Part shown: piece by piece, positions 11,101 to 22,500 of the stretch
How the letters are laid out: each line of letters starts with the position of its first letter
How positions within the stretch are numbered: the first letter of the stretch is position 1
Position numbers and translations under genes: made by a program
The notes under the pieces: model-generated
What the model saw: the letters and a program-made list of their open reading frames with translations, nothing else
Databases searched by the model: none
What the model was told of the DNA's origin: nothing
Source: Paraspadella gotoi
Lineage: Eukaryota > Animalia > Chaetognatha
Length of the DNA: 64,000 nucleotides
Assembly: GCA_051294375.1 (NCBI GenBank)
Contig: JBJCIZ010000028.1
Location: forward strand, 675,623-739,622
Direction: 5' to 3'

Positions 11101-14100
11101 AATCAATTTCATTAATCCAAAAAATTTTTGTATTAAAAAATAAAAGGATAGATAAGAATAGGTAAGAATAGAAGGGATAATAATAAGACAAAATTAATAA
11201 AGAGAGGCTGCAACATAAAGATCAGCCACCCCTACGTGGACAAATATAAAGGTAGTACCGATAGATTGGGTCATGAGTAGGGTCAAGTCAACTCAGTTTC
11301 TTTACCGACTAAACTGTTTATATGTGAGTCAGCTGGGTCAGGTAATGTTTCCGTGAGGAGGCAGATGCTAGTGCGACTCAATTTGACTTTAAATACCTGC
11401 CTAGTTGCCGCTCTTTTCAGATAAGGTAGGCCAGGGCGTGTCGTGCTGATTTTAAATATTTTGGTTGCTACAGGTGATTAGAGGCATTGGTTGCTTATTG
11501 CTTTTCAGAAGTCTCCCTCTGCTCGGCGAGTAGAGATGGGGGAAGTCATTGTGCGACCGTGGTGATCGGGATCATCGCACCACACAATTTAGAGAAGGTT
11601 CAAGGGTTCAAGAGATTTGAGCTTTTTGTTTATTGCAACCTCTTTTTTTTTCGTTGTTTGTCTTGTCAAAATCATATTTTTTTTTTGTGTTTTTAAATTG
11701 AAGTTTGAAATAAAGGATGAAGTCTTTTAGCAAACAACAATTCTATCATGTAGTTCTTCCCCACCAACAAGTGAGCATCTGCTCTCGAAACGCGACATCT
11801 CCCGAGAGAAAAAGAAGAGGAAAACTCCTCTTCCCGCCTTCTCTTCCCCCTCCCGTACGCTACCTCAGTACGCCGACACGAGACAGAATCACTTCTTCTG
11901 TTCGCGCCTTTGCGCTCAGTCTCCCGGCTTTTTACGAAAATATTTTTTGATTATTTTTGTTGAAATAATTTTGGCATATTTTTCGTTTCTCTTTTTTGGA
12001 GTTCAGAATACAGATATTCTTCAACACGTGGCTTTTTTTTGAAGTTCTCTCTTCACGGCCGCCATCTTTTTCGTCTTCGTTGTTGGCGTGGCTTCGAGGG
12101 AAGAGCCTTGACTCGGCCCTTTCGCTTGCCCTCGACGCACCCTGCGCGGACCTGCGGAGGGAAGAGCCGCGACTCGGCCCTCTCGTTTGCCCTCGGCGCT
12201 TAGTACGGCTGCAGGGGGAAGAACCTTGTTTCGGCCCCCTTGTTTGTCCAGTGCTCTCCCGTTTTTTGGACTGAGGGCGTGTTTTTTCGACTCGACTACC
12301 CTCATGTCTCTTCGCCGCCCGCCTTGCCGCCGCCTCCACCGCCTCCACCGCCTCCACCATCAGCCGTCCGGGCTTTTCTGGTCAGGCCGAAGTGATGCCC
12401 CTTCAGATGGAGGCAGTTCTTCTCCAAATTAGCAACGCTCTTTCTAGCGTTCGTCGCGAATTTAAGGAGTTTCGCCGCTCGTCTCGTTCCGAGTTGGAGA
12501 GTCTTCGGCGGTGAGTACTTCTTTCCTTTCTTTTTTTGGGTTTTTCGCCTTTTTTTGAGCGTACATTCGGCGTACAGAGGGGTTTTCCTCCTGTGCCCCA
12601 CCTAACTCGACTTTGTTTGTTTGTTTTTTTGTCGGGCCTTCGCCTGGTCTTGTTACAGGCTCACTTGTTGGTGGGGAAGAAACTACATGATAGAATTTAT
12701 GGTTCCAAATGGAACCGGGATTCTTCATGGTTCTTCCCCACCAACACCACCACCGTCACCCCTGGCACCACCGGTGGTGGAGGGCGGCTCAGGCTCGCTT
12801 GTCTTGTTGGTGGGTTGTTTTTTGGGGTTTCCTTTTTTTTTGAGACTGTCATTTTTCAATGATTTCTCTTTTTTTTTGGCGTACATTCGGCGTACAGAGG
12901 GGTTCTCCTCCTGTGCCCCACCTAACTCGACTTTGTTTGTTTGTTGTTTGTTCGACGCCGTTCGGAAGGACTCCAAAGCCGACGCGCGCTTTCAAGCTTT
13001 TGAGCGCATCATGAGGGACGCCGGAGCGTCCGCTCATGCTGTCCTTTCTGTCGCTGACGCTCTCCGCCTCATGGTTGAGGCCCTACGCTCGGAGGGGCCC
13101 GGTGCAGTGGACGCAGGCCATCTTGACGATCTTGCCAGCCCCTTGGAGACGCCTCGTCGGGTTTGGCGGCGATTTTTTGGTTCGGCCCTCTCCGAGTCTC
13201 GGCGCTTAGTTGTCGACGCTGCCCTTCGGATCTCAAGACAGTTCTGTCCAGTTCTCCGCCCTCCACGTCGTCTTTTTCGGAGACCGCTCCACAGACGTCA
13301 CTCAAGCGTTCCATTCTTCGCTTCTCCGCTCCGGGGCGCCACTCAATTGCGCCTGTTCTGCTAGCCGCAAGCGTGGGCGTGGCAGTCCGCGTAGTCCCGC
13401 TCGCCGTCCCTACCGGCCTCGCAAGTCTTCGCCGCCTCCCAAGCGTAGGGGCGGGGCTCCAGGGACGTCTAAGGACGCCGACTGATCGCCCGACAGCTCT
13501 TTCGGCGTGCCTCGTCCGGCCGTCAGGTTCTCCAGGCCCGGCTTTCGTCCATGGACTGGTTTTTTTGCGGTTTCTCATCCCCCCTTTCACGACGTCCGGT
13601 CAAGTGGGCGTGGCACGTCACCGGAAGTCTTCGCGGGATTCCCCCTCTTGGTTTGCTTGGCTACGAGTGATTCTGTCTCGTGTCGGCGTACTGAGGTAGC
13701 GTACGGGAGGGGGAAGAGAAGGCGGGGAAGAAGAGTTTTCCTCTTCTTTTTTCTCTCGGAAGATGTCGCGTTTCGAGAGCAGATGCTCACTTGTTGGTGG
13801 GGAAGAACCATGAAGAATCCCGGTTCCATTTGGAACCATAAATTACATTTAATTTTTTGTTTGTAATGTCTTTACACTATATTTCTTTATTATAACAATA
13901 TATATGGTATTAATTGATTTGTGGTATCTGACATAAAATACAAATAAAGTTCATCAGCCATTTAAACGTCAAAGTATAAGGTAAAAAGCTTGTGCGTCTG
14001 CCATAATTAAACTATATCTAATAATTAAATAAATATTAAAATTATACTTTTTGAAAATAAATGAATAAAAAAGAACATATAACATATCTAGCAAATTGAT

Positions 14101-15691
14101 AAAAATTAGTTTTGTAATCTTTAGAACTAATTTTTTGCTGTTTTTGGTAACTTCCGTTTGTCAAAATAGTTTTTGCAAACATAATAAGCACCTAAAACTA
14201 TTTTTTTAATATATTAACTAACTTGCAATACAATATTCTAGTCAGGAATGAACTAATTATATTAAAAAAATAAATTTAAATAGAACTTGTTCAAAAAATC
14301 TACGAATATTTGTGAATTTTGACGCTCGTGGCACTTTGGCGCTCCTGGGGAGGGCCAAGAATTTTAAAAAGTCTAACAAAAGTCATATATTCAGATAGAA
14401 CGGAAAAAAAGGAAAAGAATGCCGTTTTCCTGAGATTTCTATCTTAAAAAGAATCGGATTTAAATGTGTCTAATGTCAATTAGTCAGCGAGGGTTGTTTT
14501 TTTTTTTTTCTTCCCCGAACCACTTATGCCACTTAGGTTTTTTTTATACCATTTATTTAATTGACTTCATAATAATTAATATTTTTATTTCCTTCAACAA
14601 CAGATGATCAACGCCTTTGGCGCCATCTCCGCCTGCGGTCGCTACGTCGCCTCCTGCGGCTTCACGCCCGACGTCAAAGTCTGGGAGGCGCAATTTTCCA
14701 AAGCGGGCGACTTTGTGGGCGTGGCACGCGCATTCGAACTGAAGGGTCACTCGGCCGGTGAGTGGAGTTGGATGGTGGGCGGAGGAGGTTGGCCAAAGAA
14801 AGTGTTTTGGGAGATTATACGTGTCTCTCTCTCTCNNNNNNNNNNTCTCTCTCTCTCTCAGGCGTTCTTCACTTTTCCTTCTCTTCCGACTCGACCAAAA
14901 TGGCCTCCGTCTCCAAGGACGGAACCTGGAAACTCTGGAACATCGGGGTTGAGTGGCAAAAGGGTCAGGACCCCAAATGCCTTCGAACGGGCACCGCCCA
15001 CATCACCTCCTTGGACCCCTCGGCCACACTCTGCGCTCTGGCGCCCGACGGAAGGTTCGTGGGTGGAGCTCGGGAGGCGTGAGAAGTTGTGAATCGTGAA
15101 TGGGTTTTGAAATGGTTGGGAGTCGAAGACGAGGCGTCATTTCGTTGTCGTGACTCCTTATGACAATTTTATCGCAAATCTTGAAGAAAAAAAAAACGGA
15201 ATTTGTTTAAATTTAAATATAAAAATGAAATTTAAGAATTTGTAAATTTTGTTTTATAACTTTTTTTTTATATTACAACTCATTTTCTTTGACTTATTGA
15301 CTTATGAAAGGAACGAAATTTATTTATTTATTTATTACATTAATAAAATTTTTGCGTAATAATTTTTTGTTAACAAAGATCCCTCGCCGTTTCCCATCTC
15401 TCCGACCTCACCCTCTATCAATCGTCTTCCGGCGCCGAAGAAGCGCGCGTCCGCGACCTTCACTCCCGCGTCGCCGCCCTCGCCATCGACGCCTCCAATC
15501 GTCACGTGATCGCGTGCGGCGATCGCGTCGTCCGCGTCTTTCACAACGTCGCCGGATACAAGTGAGAGGGAGAGGGAGAGAGAGAGAGAGAGGGAGAGAG
15601 AGAGAGACAATATTAATTACTCGCGGCTTTAGGCACCTTGAGGGCCTTTGAAAGCTACCTATTTCTCTAGAATATTTACAAATTTTAATTT

Positions 15692-15722
<31 letters not shown>

Positions 15723-16153
15723 GAGACAATATTAATTACTCGCGGCTTTAGGCACCTTGAGGGCCTTTGAAAGCTACCTATTTCTCTAGAATATTTACAA
15801 ATTTTAATTTAGAGAGAGAGAGAGAGATGGCACGCGCGAACGTGAAAACGGTGTGTGGGGGGGTGGAGTTGAAGTTAAAACTCGTCCAAGGTTTTCATTT
15901 GTATAATTTGTGATCTCACGAGGTTTAAAACCGGTGTGGCCCTTTTTTTTTGGGGGGGGGCTCGGTTTTGAGATTGTGTCGGCACAGTTGTTTAAAAACC
16001 TCTTTTATTTCTATTTTTTATAGGGGCACAGTGGCCGAAAACCGGGAAAAGATCATCAACAATCGAGGAGGAAAGTTGGTGGAGGAAAGATTGAAAAAGG
16101 AGATGGAGGAAGCGGAGAAAAAGCTGAGAGAGATCGAGTACGCATCGTCCTGA
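8156..16153 (+). CDS. TBL2: Transducin beta-like protein 2 (N-terminal TM, WD40); exons ~8156-8465, 8639-8837, 9025-9137, 9633-9760, 14604-14757, 14862-15054, 15379-15561, 16024-16153
   Basis: SPNGKYLATSSDDRTVFLWSTK, RANVELDHATRVKFSPDSKAF, ASCGFTPDVKVWE, RAFELKGHSA and MASVSKDGTWKLW match recalled TBL2. GT-AG junctions are in phase. Confidence 0.93.
9331..9655 (+). repeat. Minisatellite, ~56 bp x6, duplicating the TBL2 exon 4 splice acceptor
   Basis: Unit gaccccatgaccttcctctttgatAG|gcaagggcgagatcatcgccattgacccct. Only the last copy continues into the open exon. Confidence 0.9.
9894..14471. mobile_element. Foldback / long-TIR non-autonomous DNA element in TBL2 intron 4
   Basis: 9894-~10500 is the reverse complement of ~13855-14471, and ~10500-10780 is the reverse complement of ~11440-11650. 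The 8-mer caattagt occurs at 9886-9893 and 14477-14484. No transposase ORF. Confidence 0.8.
11739..13844. mobile_element. Non-autonomous DIRS1-type (tyrosine-recombinase retrotransposon) element
   Basis: ~140 bp inverted terminal repeats (~11754-11893 and 13666-13808) with non-matching terminal extensions. Internal region 12659-12746 is the reverse complement of the left end followed by the reverse complement of the right end, joined at aattt. Both termini are aatt. Confidence 0.85.
15575..15827. repeat. Direct duplication (~120 bp x2) bounded by (GA)n tracts
   Basis: gacaatattaattactcgcggctttaggcacc...ttttaatttagagaga occurs twice in tandem. Confidence 0.8.
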
Positions 16154-16585
16154 GAGAGAGAGAGAGAGAGACTTAAAGAATTTCTTCGTTGCCTTATTCC
16201 CCCCCCCGTTTCGTTATTAAAATGTTAAATGAAATAGTTAAATATAGATAGTTGTTGTTTTCCACCAATGATTCGGCCATAAACTCCCTCTTCGCTTAAA
16301 AATACCCCGATCACCGCCCGGGTGACTCAGGCTATTATTGTTTATTAACTATCTAGTTCAATTCGCTCAAGAAAAAAAATATTTTTTCCAGATCATTACG
16401 AAATCGTTGATTTAATTATTATTATAATTTGACTTTGAAAGTCAAATCAAAAATCCAACGATGACTATCGATGAACAAAAACGTTGAAAACGGTCGAGGT
16501 CGTTGAGCGGCGCTGCGTTCCTTCCTTTTTTTTTATCCGGCCACGCCTCCTTCCGCCCCGGGAGGGGGGGACAATTTATAGAAGG

Positions 16586-19500
16586 ATGGACGCCTACTCG
16601 GTCCTCTCCGCTCTCAGAAAGACCAACATGGGACGACTCACCTACAAACGCGACTTCGACATCGCGGATTTGGAGCGACTCTCCATCTCGGACGCGCCGC
16701 CGTCCAAAGGCGGCTTCGGCTTTTTCGACGACGCCTTCGAGTCGCCGCCGCCGCCGGAAGCGACGTCTCCGCCGACGCGGCTGCCGGATCTGTCCGGAAT
16801 CGAGAAGGAAGCGGGATCGACGCCGCCGGAAAATCGGACGACGGAAAGAACTTCCCTTTCGAAATCGAAGGACATCAACTCGGAAACTTTCGTCGTTTCG
16901 TCGCCGACTTCTCCCAAAAGCCCTACCACGCTTCCTCCCGTCTCTCCCTCCTCCCCCACCTCTCCCACCTCCCCTTCCTCCCCCAAATCTCCTCCCGTCT
17001 TCTCCAAACGAGAGTCGGCCGCCCTTCGAGCCATCGACGACTACGAGACTCGAATGCTGGAAAAGTCGAGGCGAAGTCTTCGATCCTTGAGACACAAGGT
17101 TATTGGATTTTAAGGGGGGATCGGAGAAAAGGGGAGCGGGGAACTATTTGATGAGCGGTATGTTAAACGATTATAAAGGAGGGAGAGAGAGAGAGATAGA
17201 TAAACGTCGGCGGAATCAATTGACCATCACTCCACAAGCCAAAGAGGAAGAGAGAGAGAGAGAGATAAACGTCGGCGGAATCAATTGACCATCCTCCACA
17301 AGCCAAAGAAGAGAGAGAGATAAACACGTCGGCGGAATCAATTGACCAGTCCTCCACAAGCCAAAGAGAGAGAGAGAGAGGATAACGTCGGCGGAATCAA
17401 TTGACCATCCCCCACAAGCCAAGAGAGAGAGAAGATAACGTCGGCGAGATCAATTGACATCTCCATAAGCCAAAGAGAGAGAGAAAGAGAGAGAGAGATA
17501 AACGTTGGCGCGGAATCAATTGACCATCCTCCACAAGCCAAAGAGAGAGAGAGATAAACGTCGGCGGAATCAATTGACCATGCCTCCACAAGCCAAAGAG
17601 AGAGAGAGAAAGAGAGATAAACGTCGGCGGAATCAATTGACCATCCTCCACAAGCCAAAGAGGAGAGAGAAGAGATAAACGTCGGCGGAAATCAATTGAC
17701 CATCCTCCACAAGCCAAAGAGAGAGAGAGAGAGAATAACGTCAGCGGAATCAATTGACCATCCTCCACAAGCCAAAGAGAGATAGAGAGATAAACGTCAG
17801 CGGATCAATTGACGCATCCTCCACAAGCAAAGGAGAAGAGAGAGTAGAGAGATAAAGGTCTGGGGGGGGGTTCTGGCGTCACGCGGAATCAAATTGACCA
17901 TGCTCCACCAAGGCCAAAGAGAGAGGAGAGATAGAGAGATAAACGTCGGCGGGAATCAATTGAACCGTCTCCACAAGCCAGTCATCCTCGATCGTCATCC
18001 ACAAGTATCTTCCGTCCGCAGGTTGAGGAGGCGACGTCGAGATGTAGCGCCGAAGCGGAAGCGTCTTACGTCAAGAAAAAACGAGAACTGGACGAGAAGA
18101 TGACGCGAGAATACAACGAATTGCAGAACAAGAGCTACGCCAGGTTTTAATTTTGGTTTGGAATTTACCTATTAATTATTAATTTGTATTGTTTGTATTT
18201 ATTGTTAATAATCTGAAACTGTTTTCAAATATCAGCATGCAAGAGACCCGCCGCACGATCCAAGACAAGCTCGCCACCGACGCCAAGCACAAGAACGCCG
18301 TCCAAGCCCGCCTCCGCCAAGTCGAGCGCCGACGCCTCGAGATGGAAGAGAAATGGGCGGAGGAACGCCGCGGCGTCGTCGGCGCCGCCGCGGAGCTGGA
18401 GACGCGATTCGCCGCTTTCGAGTCCGACTTCAACGTCGCCTTGGACGGCTGTCGTTTCCCCGAACTTCTCAAGCGCCGCGTCGGCGGGCGGCTCGAGGAA
18501 TTCCGCGCCCTCGCCCGGGGACTCCGTCACGCCTTCGACGCGCAGCTGGCGGAAGTATCCGCCGCCGCCGACGCGGCCGAGTCGCGGGCGCTGCCGCCCG
18601 CCGCTTTCGTCGGGTTGGCCAGGTGTCGAGAAATGACGGAGACGATGGGGAAAGTGATGGCGTTGGTGGCGGCGGAGGTGGAGGCGGTGGAGGTGGAGGG
18701 AGAAAGGGAGGAGAGGGAGAAGAGAGAGAGGGAGGAGAAGAAGGCGAAGGAGGAAGATGAGAAGAAGAGGAGGGAGGAAGAGGAGAAGGAGAGGAGAAAA
18801 AAGGAGGAAGAGAAGAAGAAGGCGGAGAGCGTCGCGGCGGCTGCGGCGGCGGCAGCATCGGTTTTAGCCGTTCCCGGGGCAGCTGCGCCGGCGCCAACGG
18901 AATCCTCACGCGGTGCTCTCATGTACGACTTTAGCCGAAAGACTCTGGCCGAGTTCGAGTCGCTCTACGCGAATTTTGCGGCCGACATTCGCGGGCCGAT
19001 CAAACTAGCAGGCTGAACCCGAAGAAGCTCAAGTTCGACCTGCAGCACAGATCGTGCAACATGGACGTGCGTCAACAGTTCACGTTTGGCGCAACGATCC
19101 GACGGAGCAGTACGCATGCCGAGTGGTTCAAATCCACGGAGGAGGCTGGGGATGAAAGCGAGGCATTAAGTTTGGGCGTCAGGTCGGTTGCAGACACGTA
19201 CGGAGTACGGGATGGAATTCGGCTGCGCGGTGATAAAGGGAAATCCGGACGGAAGAGAGCGGGACCCCGGGCGATGATTTCTCCGTCTGGTGTCACTTGT
19301 AACGTTGTCGCGTGCGGGTGTTGATCTTGTAACTGTGCTGATTCGGCTGAAGGGCGAGTCGCGTCGGCCGGCGGAAGAGGGAAGCCGCTTATCGTCGCAA
19401 ATGCCAATAATCGACACTTTTTTTAATTATATTTTTTTTTTGGGCTACACAGTATCAATTTCTGGTAAAAAGAAAAAGGCAGATTGAGAGTAAAAAAAAC

Positions 19501-22500
19501 CCCTTCAATGAAGACGGATACGAAAGCAGATCGTTCAACTGGCCATCAAAAAAATTGAATAAGGCGTCATAAGATAAACATTTATTTGTTTGTTTGTTTG
19601 TTTTTTCGAAAAAATTCGAAAAATTCCATTGGGTTTTTGGGCGAAGCGACGGGAGTTGAGTTCACTTTTTTTTTTCCACACAGACTTTTTTCAATTTCCA
19701 TCGTCAATATTTCCTCGACGTTATTTTTATTATTCAAAGTTTTTTTGGGTTTTTTTAATTAATGAATAAATTGAATATTGACAAGACCAGTTTGGTCCCA
19801 TTTTATCGGACCGACGATGACAAAACCCGACCGTTACAAATTCCGATTAAAAACCTCCCCCACTTTCCCCTTCCGCCTTAATTCTTTCGGTCGACCTGGA
19901 ATGAGCGAGCGTAGCGATGCTGACTGAGAGTAGAGGAACCGTCGATTCCGCTTCCTCGCACTCTCGTCGCTTTTCCGGCTTCCTCCGGTGGTTGTTGTTC
20001 TTTGCTGTGATAGGTGAGGTTCCGCTGCGTCAAGAAGGCGCGGGCGCAGCCGGGACGGAGCAACGAAGGCGGAGCGGCTTGCCTGTGCTGCGATGGTTCC
20101 GGTCAAGTGACGGTGTAGGCGGACGTTGTTGAAGTATTTCCTTCGACAAAGGCGAGGTAGATTCCGTTCGCCATGGGCGAGGTGGTCCTTTTGTAAGTGT
20201 TCCTTCGGGGAAGTGAGGGGTGGGGGAAGGAGAGGAGGCGTTCGATTTATTTTGTCCAAACGAGGAGAAACAATATGGGTGTATCTTTTTTTGTTAAATC
20301 ATGACCTTTTAATCGTTAACTAATAAAACTGAATTAATTATTAAGATAGGTAAGCAATGGAAAAACTAATATAACTAGATACGTTTTCAGCGCCGCATAA
20401 AACGAGACGAGCAATTTATCACNNNNNNNNNNNNNNNNNNNNNNNNNACGAGAGGTTGGGGATGGGAAGTTTGGCTGGGATATTGACAGTGATTATTAAA
20501 GACATTGCACATTGCAGACATTAAAGACAATTAAAGAATTTTTACCTGAAGCATGGTCAATTGGTTATTTTATTATATAGCAGTCTCCTCGGAGGCNNNN
20601 NNNNNNTAAAAACAATTAAAGAATTTTTACCTGAAGCATGGTCAATCGGTTATTTTATTATATAGCAGTCTCCTCGGAGGCGTGGGTTCGAATCCCACCG
20701 CTGCCACCACATTTAAGTAACAAGACAGGGATTTCAACATGAAACCAAAGTGGATATTTAATTCGAATATGTGAAAGCGCAAGACGGTGTCAGAATTTGA
20801 GACAGATTGATTCAGTACAAAATGGTCAAGTATTTATAGCATACAATCGGATCATCGACACGGGCTCGTTTTCCCGATGGCGAGTTATTGGTAAATTTTA
20901 TCCGAGTCGGGGATCCGATTCCATTCTTGGTTCTAATTCCTTCTGAAATGATAGGATGCAAAAAAAAATTCATGGTTCAAGTGCCTATTCACTTTCCCCG
21001 CAAATCAAACCTATTTTTGGGTCTAGTCGCTGAAGGTGCTAAAAAAAAAAAATATTGGCTGTATGTCTTTGCTGCAGTTAGTTGAATGTTTTACTTCTCC
21101 ATGTTCAAAATCTGCAATATGCAAATGAGATTTAAATCCGACCACCGCCCGCAGATGCCACTGTCCCTCGATCCAAACGGTGACTCGTCTTCGCAAACTG
21201 GTCGACCTCCACGAAGGTCGACGCGTCGACGCCGGAGCCGGAGGCGCCGTCGTCTCCGTCGCGGATCATCCCGAGGCCAAGGCCTTCGTCACGGATCTCA
21301 CGGCGAAGAAGATCGTCTTGCAGGTAAATAAATACTATCTAAAAGTTAAATTAATTAATATTTTAAACGATTTGTTTAAAAATAATTTGTCTAGAGTAGC
21401 GAAGTCGTCGCCTCCAACAAGGAGCACGCGTTTCCTGTCGCTGCTGTGGCGGTGGCGCTCTGGACCCGCAGCGACGCCTTCGGTCGGCTGCTGCTGGCGC
21501 GGTTCCACGATGCCTGCGTATTCACGGTGCCGCATTACCCGGCGCGACGGGAGGGACAATCCGAGACAGAGTAAGGAGCTTCATGTTTTAGTTTAAATGG
21601 TTATGCATGTTTAGATAATGATATATATTGACCAATGACCATTGGTTATTGGTCGCAAGAGAAGCCAGTTAATGATTCTCTCTTTCTCTCTCTCACTCTT
21701 ACTCCCTCTCTCTTACTCTCTAATCTTCTGCCAATAAATATTGACAATGAATTACCTTCTACCACCTTCCCTTTCCCCCTTCTACTCGCCCCCACCACCA
21801 CCCAGCCACCTCAAATCCCTCGGCTACAAAGTCATCGACGATCGATTCGAGAAACAAGACGATTTCCTCTCTCGGATGTCGGGCGTCGTCCGCCTCTTCG
21901 CCACCGTCTGCCTGACCCAACCCCCGCCCCGACGGTGCTTACTTTCGCCGACACGCGGGCAGCGCGGGGCCTCGTCTCTTCGGTCGGCCGGAGGCGGTCC
22001 GTGTTCCGGCGCTATCGCTAGGAGCGGCGCCAGATTACGTCTTGCCCCGCCGCGCTGTATGCACCCTTTCGGTCTGCCCGCGGCGTGGAATTGGCTCATC
22101 GCGCATTTGAGGATAGAACCAGTTTCCGACATCACCGGTGAGGGGGAGAGAGAGAGACATAGAGACAGAGAGAGAAAGANNNNNNNNNNNNNNNNNNNNN
22201 NNNNTCGGAGGTAGGGGCGCGTTGCGCGACAGACGAGGAATTCGTAGAGGAGGGTGGCTAAAGATGGGGGGGGGGGTTGGGGGGGAGGTGGAAGTTGGAG
22301 AGTGATGGGTTTGGAGTTGTTGAAGGAGAACAATGTTTTTTTTTTTTTTTAGTTAATATTAATAAAATATTGAGCTCGCTTCCACGCTTGTCCTTTTGTC
22401 TCTGTCTCTTGTCTCTCTCTCTCTCCCTCCACGGTAGATGTCGGAAACTGGTTCTATCCTCAAATGCGCGATGAGCCAATCCAGCGCCGGGGCAGACCGA

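Noticed and set aside
9891-14474. Polinton/Maverick, based on long TIRs and an AGTAG start
   Set aside because: It is only ~4.6 kb, has no matching 6-bp TSD and contains no pPolB, integrase, ATPase or capsid sequence.
17180-17980. CRISPR-like array
   Set aside because: The spacers are only variable (GA)n runs, there are no cas genes, and the array is in a eukaryotic intron.
16442-18922. Long Arg/Pro/Ala-rich ORFs overlapping host exons (also around 8078-8454 and 24341-25246)
   Set aside because: These are shadow frames of GC-rich exons of GLE1, TBL2 and the zinc-finger gene.
20580-20709. Functional tRNA gene
   Set aside because: The D arm and anticodon are absent, and the partial duplicate before the N run is an assembly overlap.
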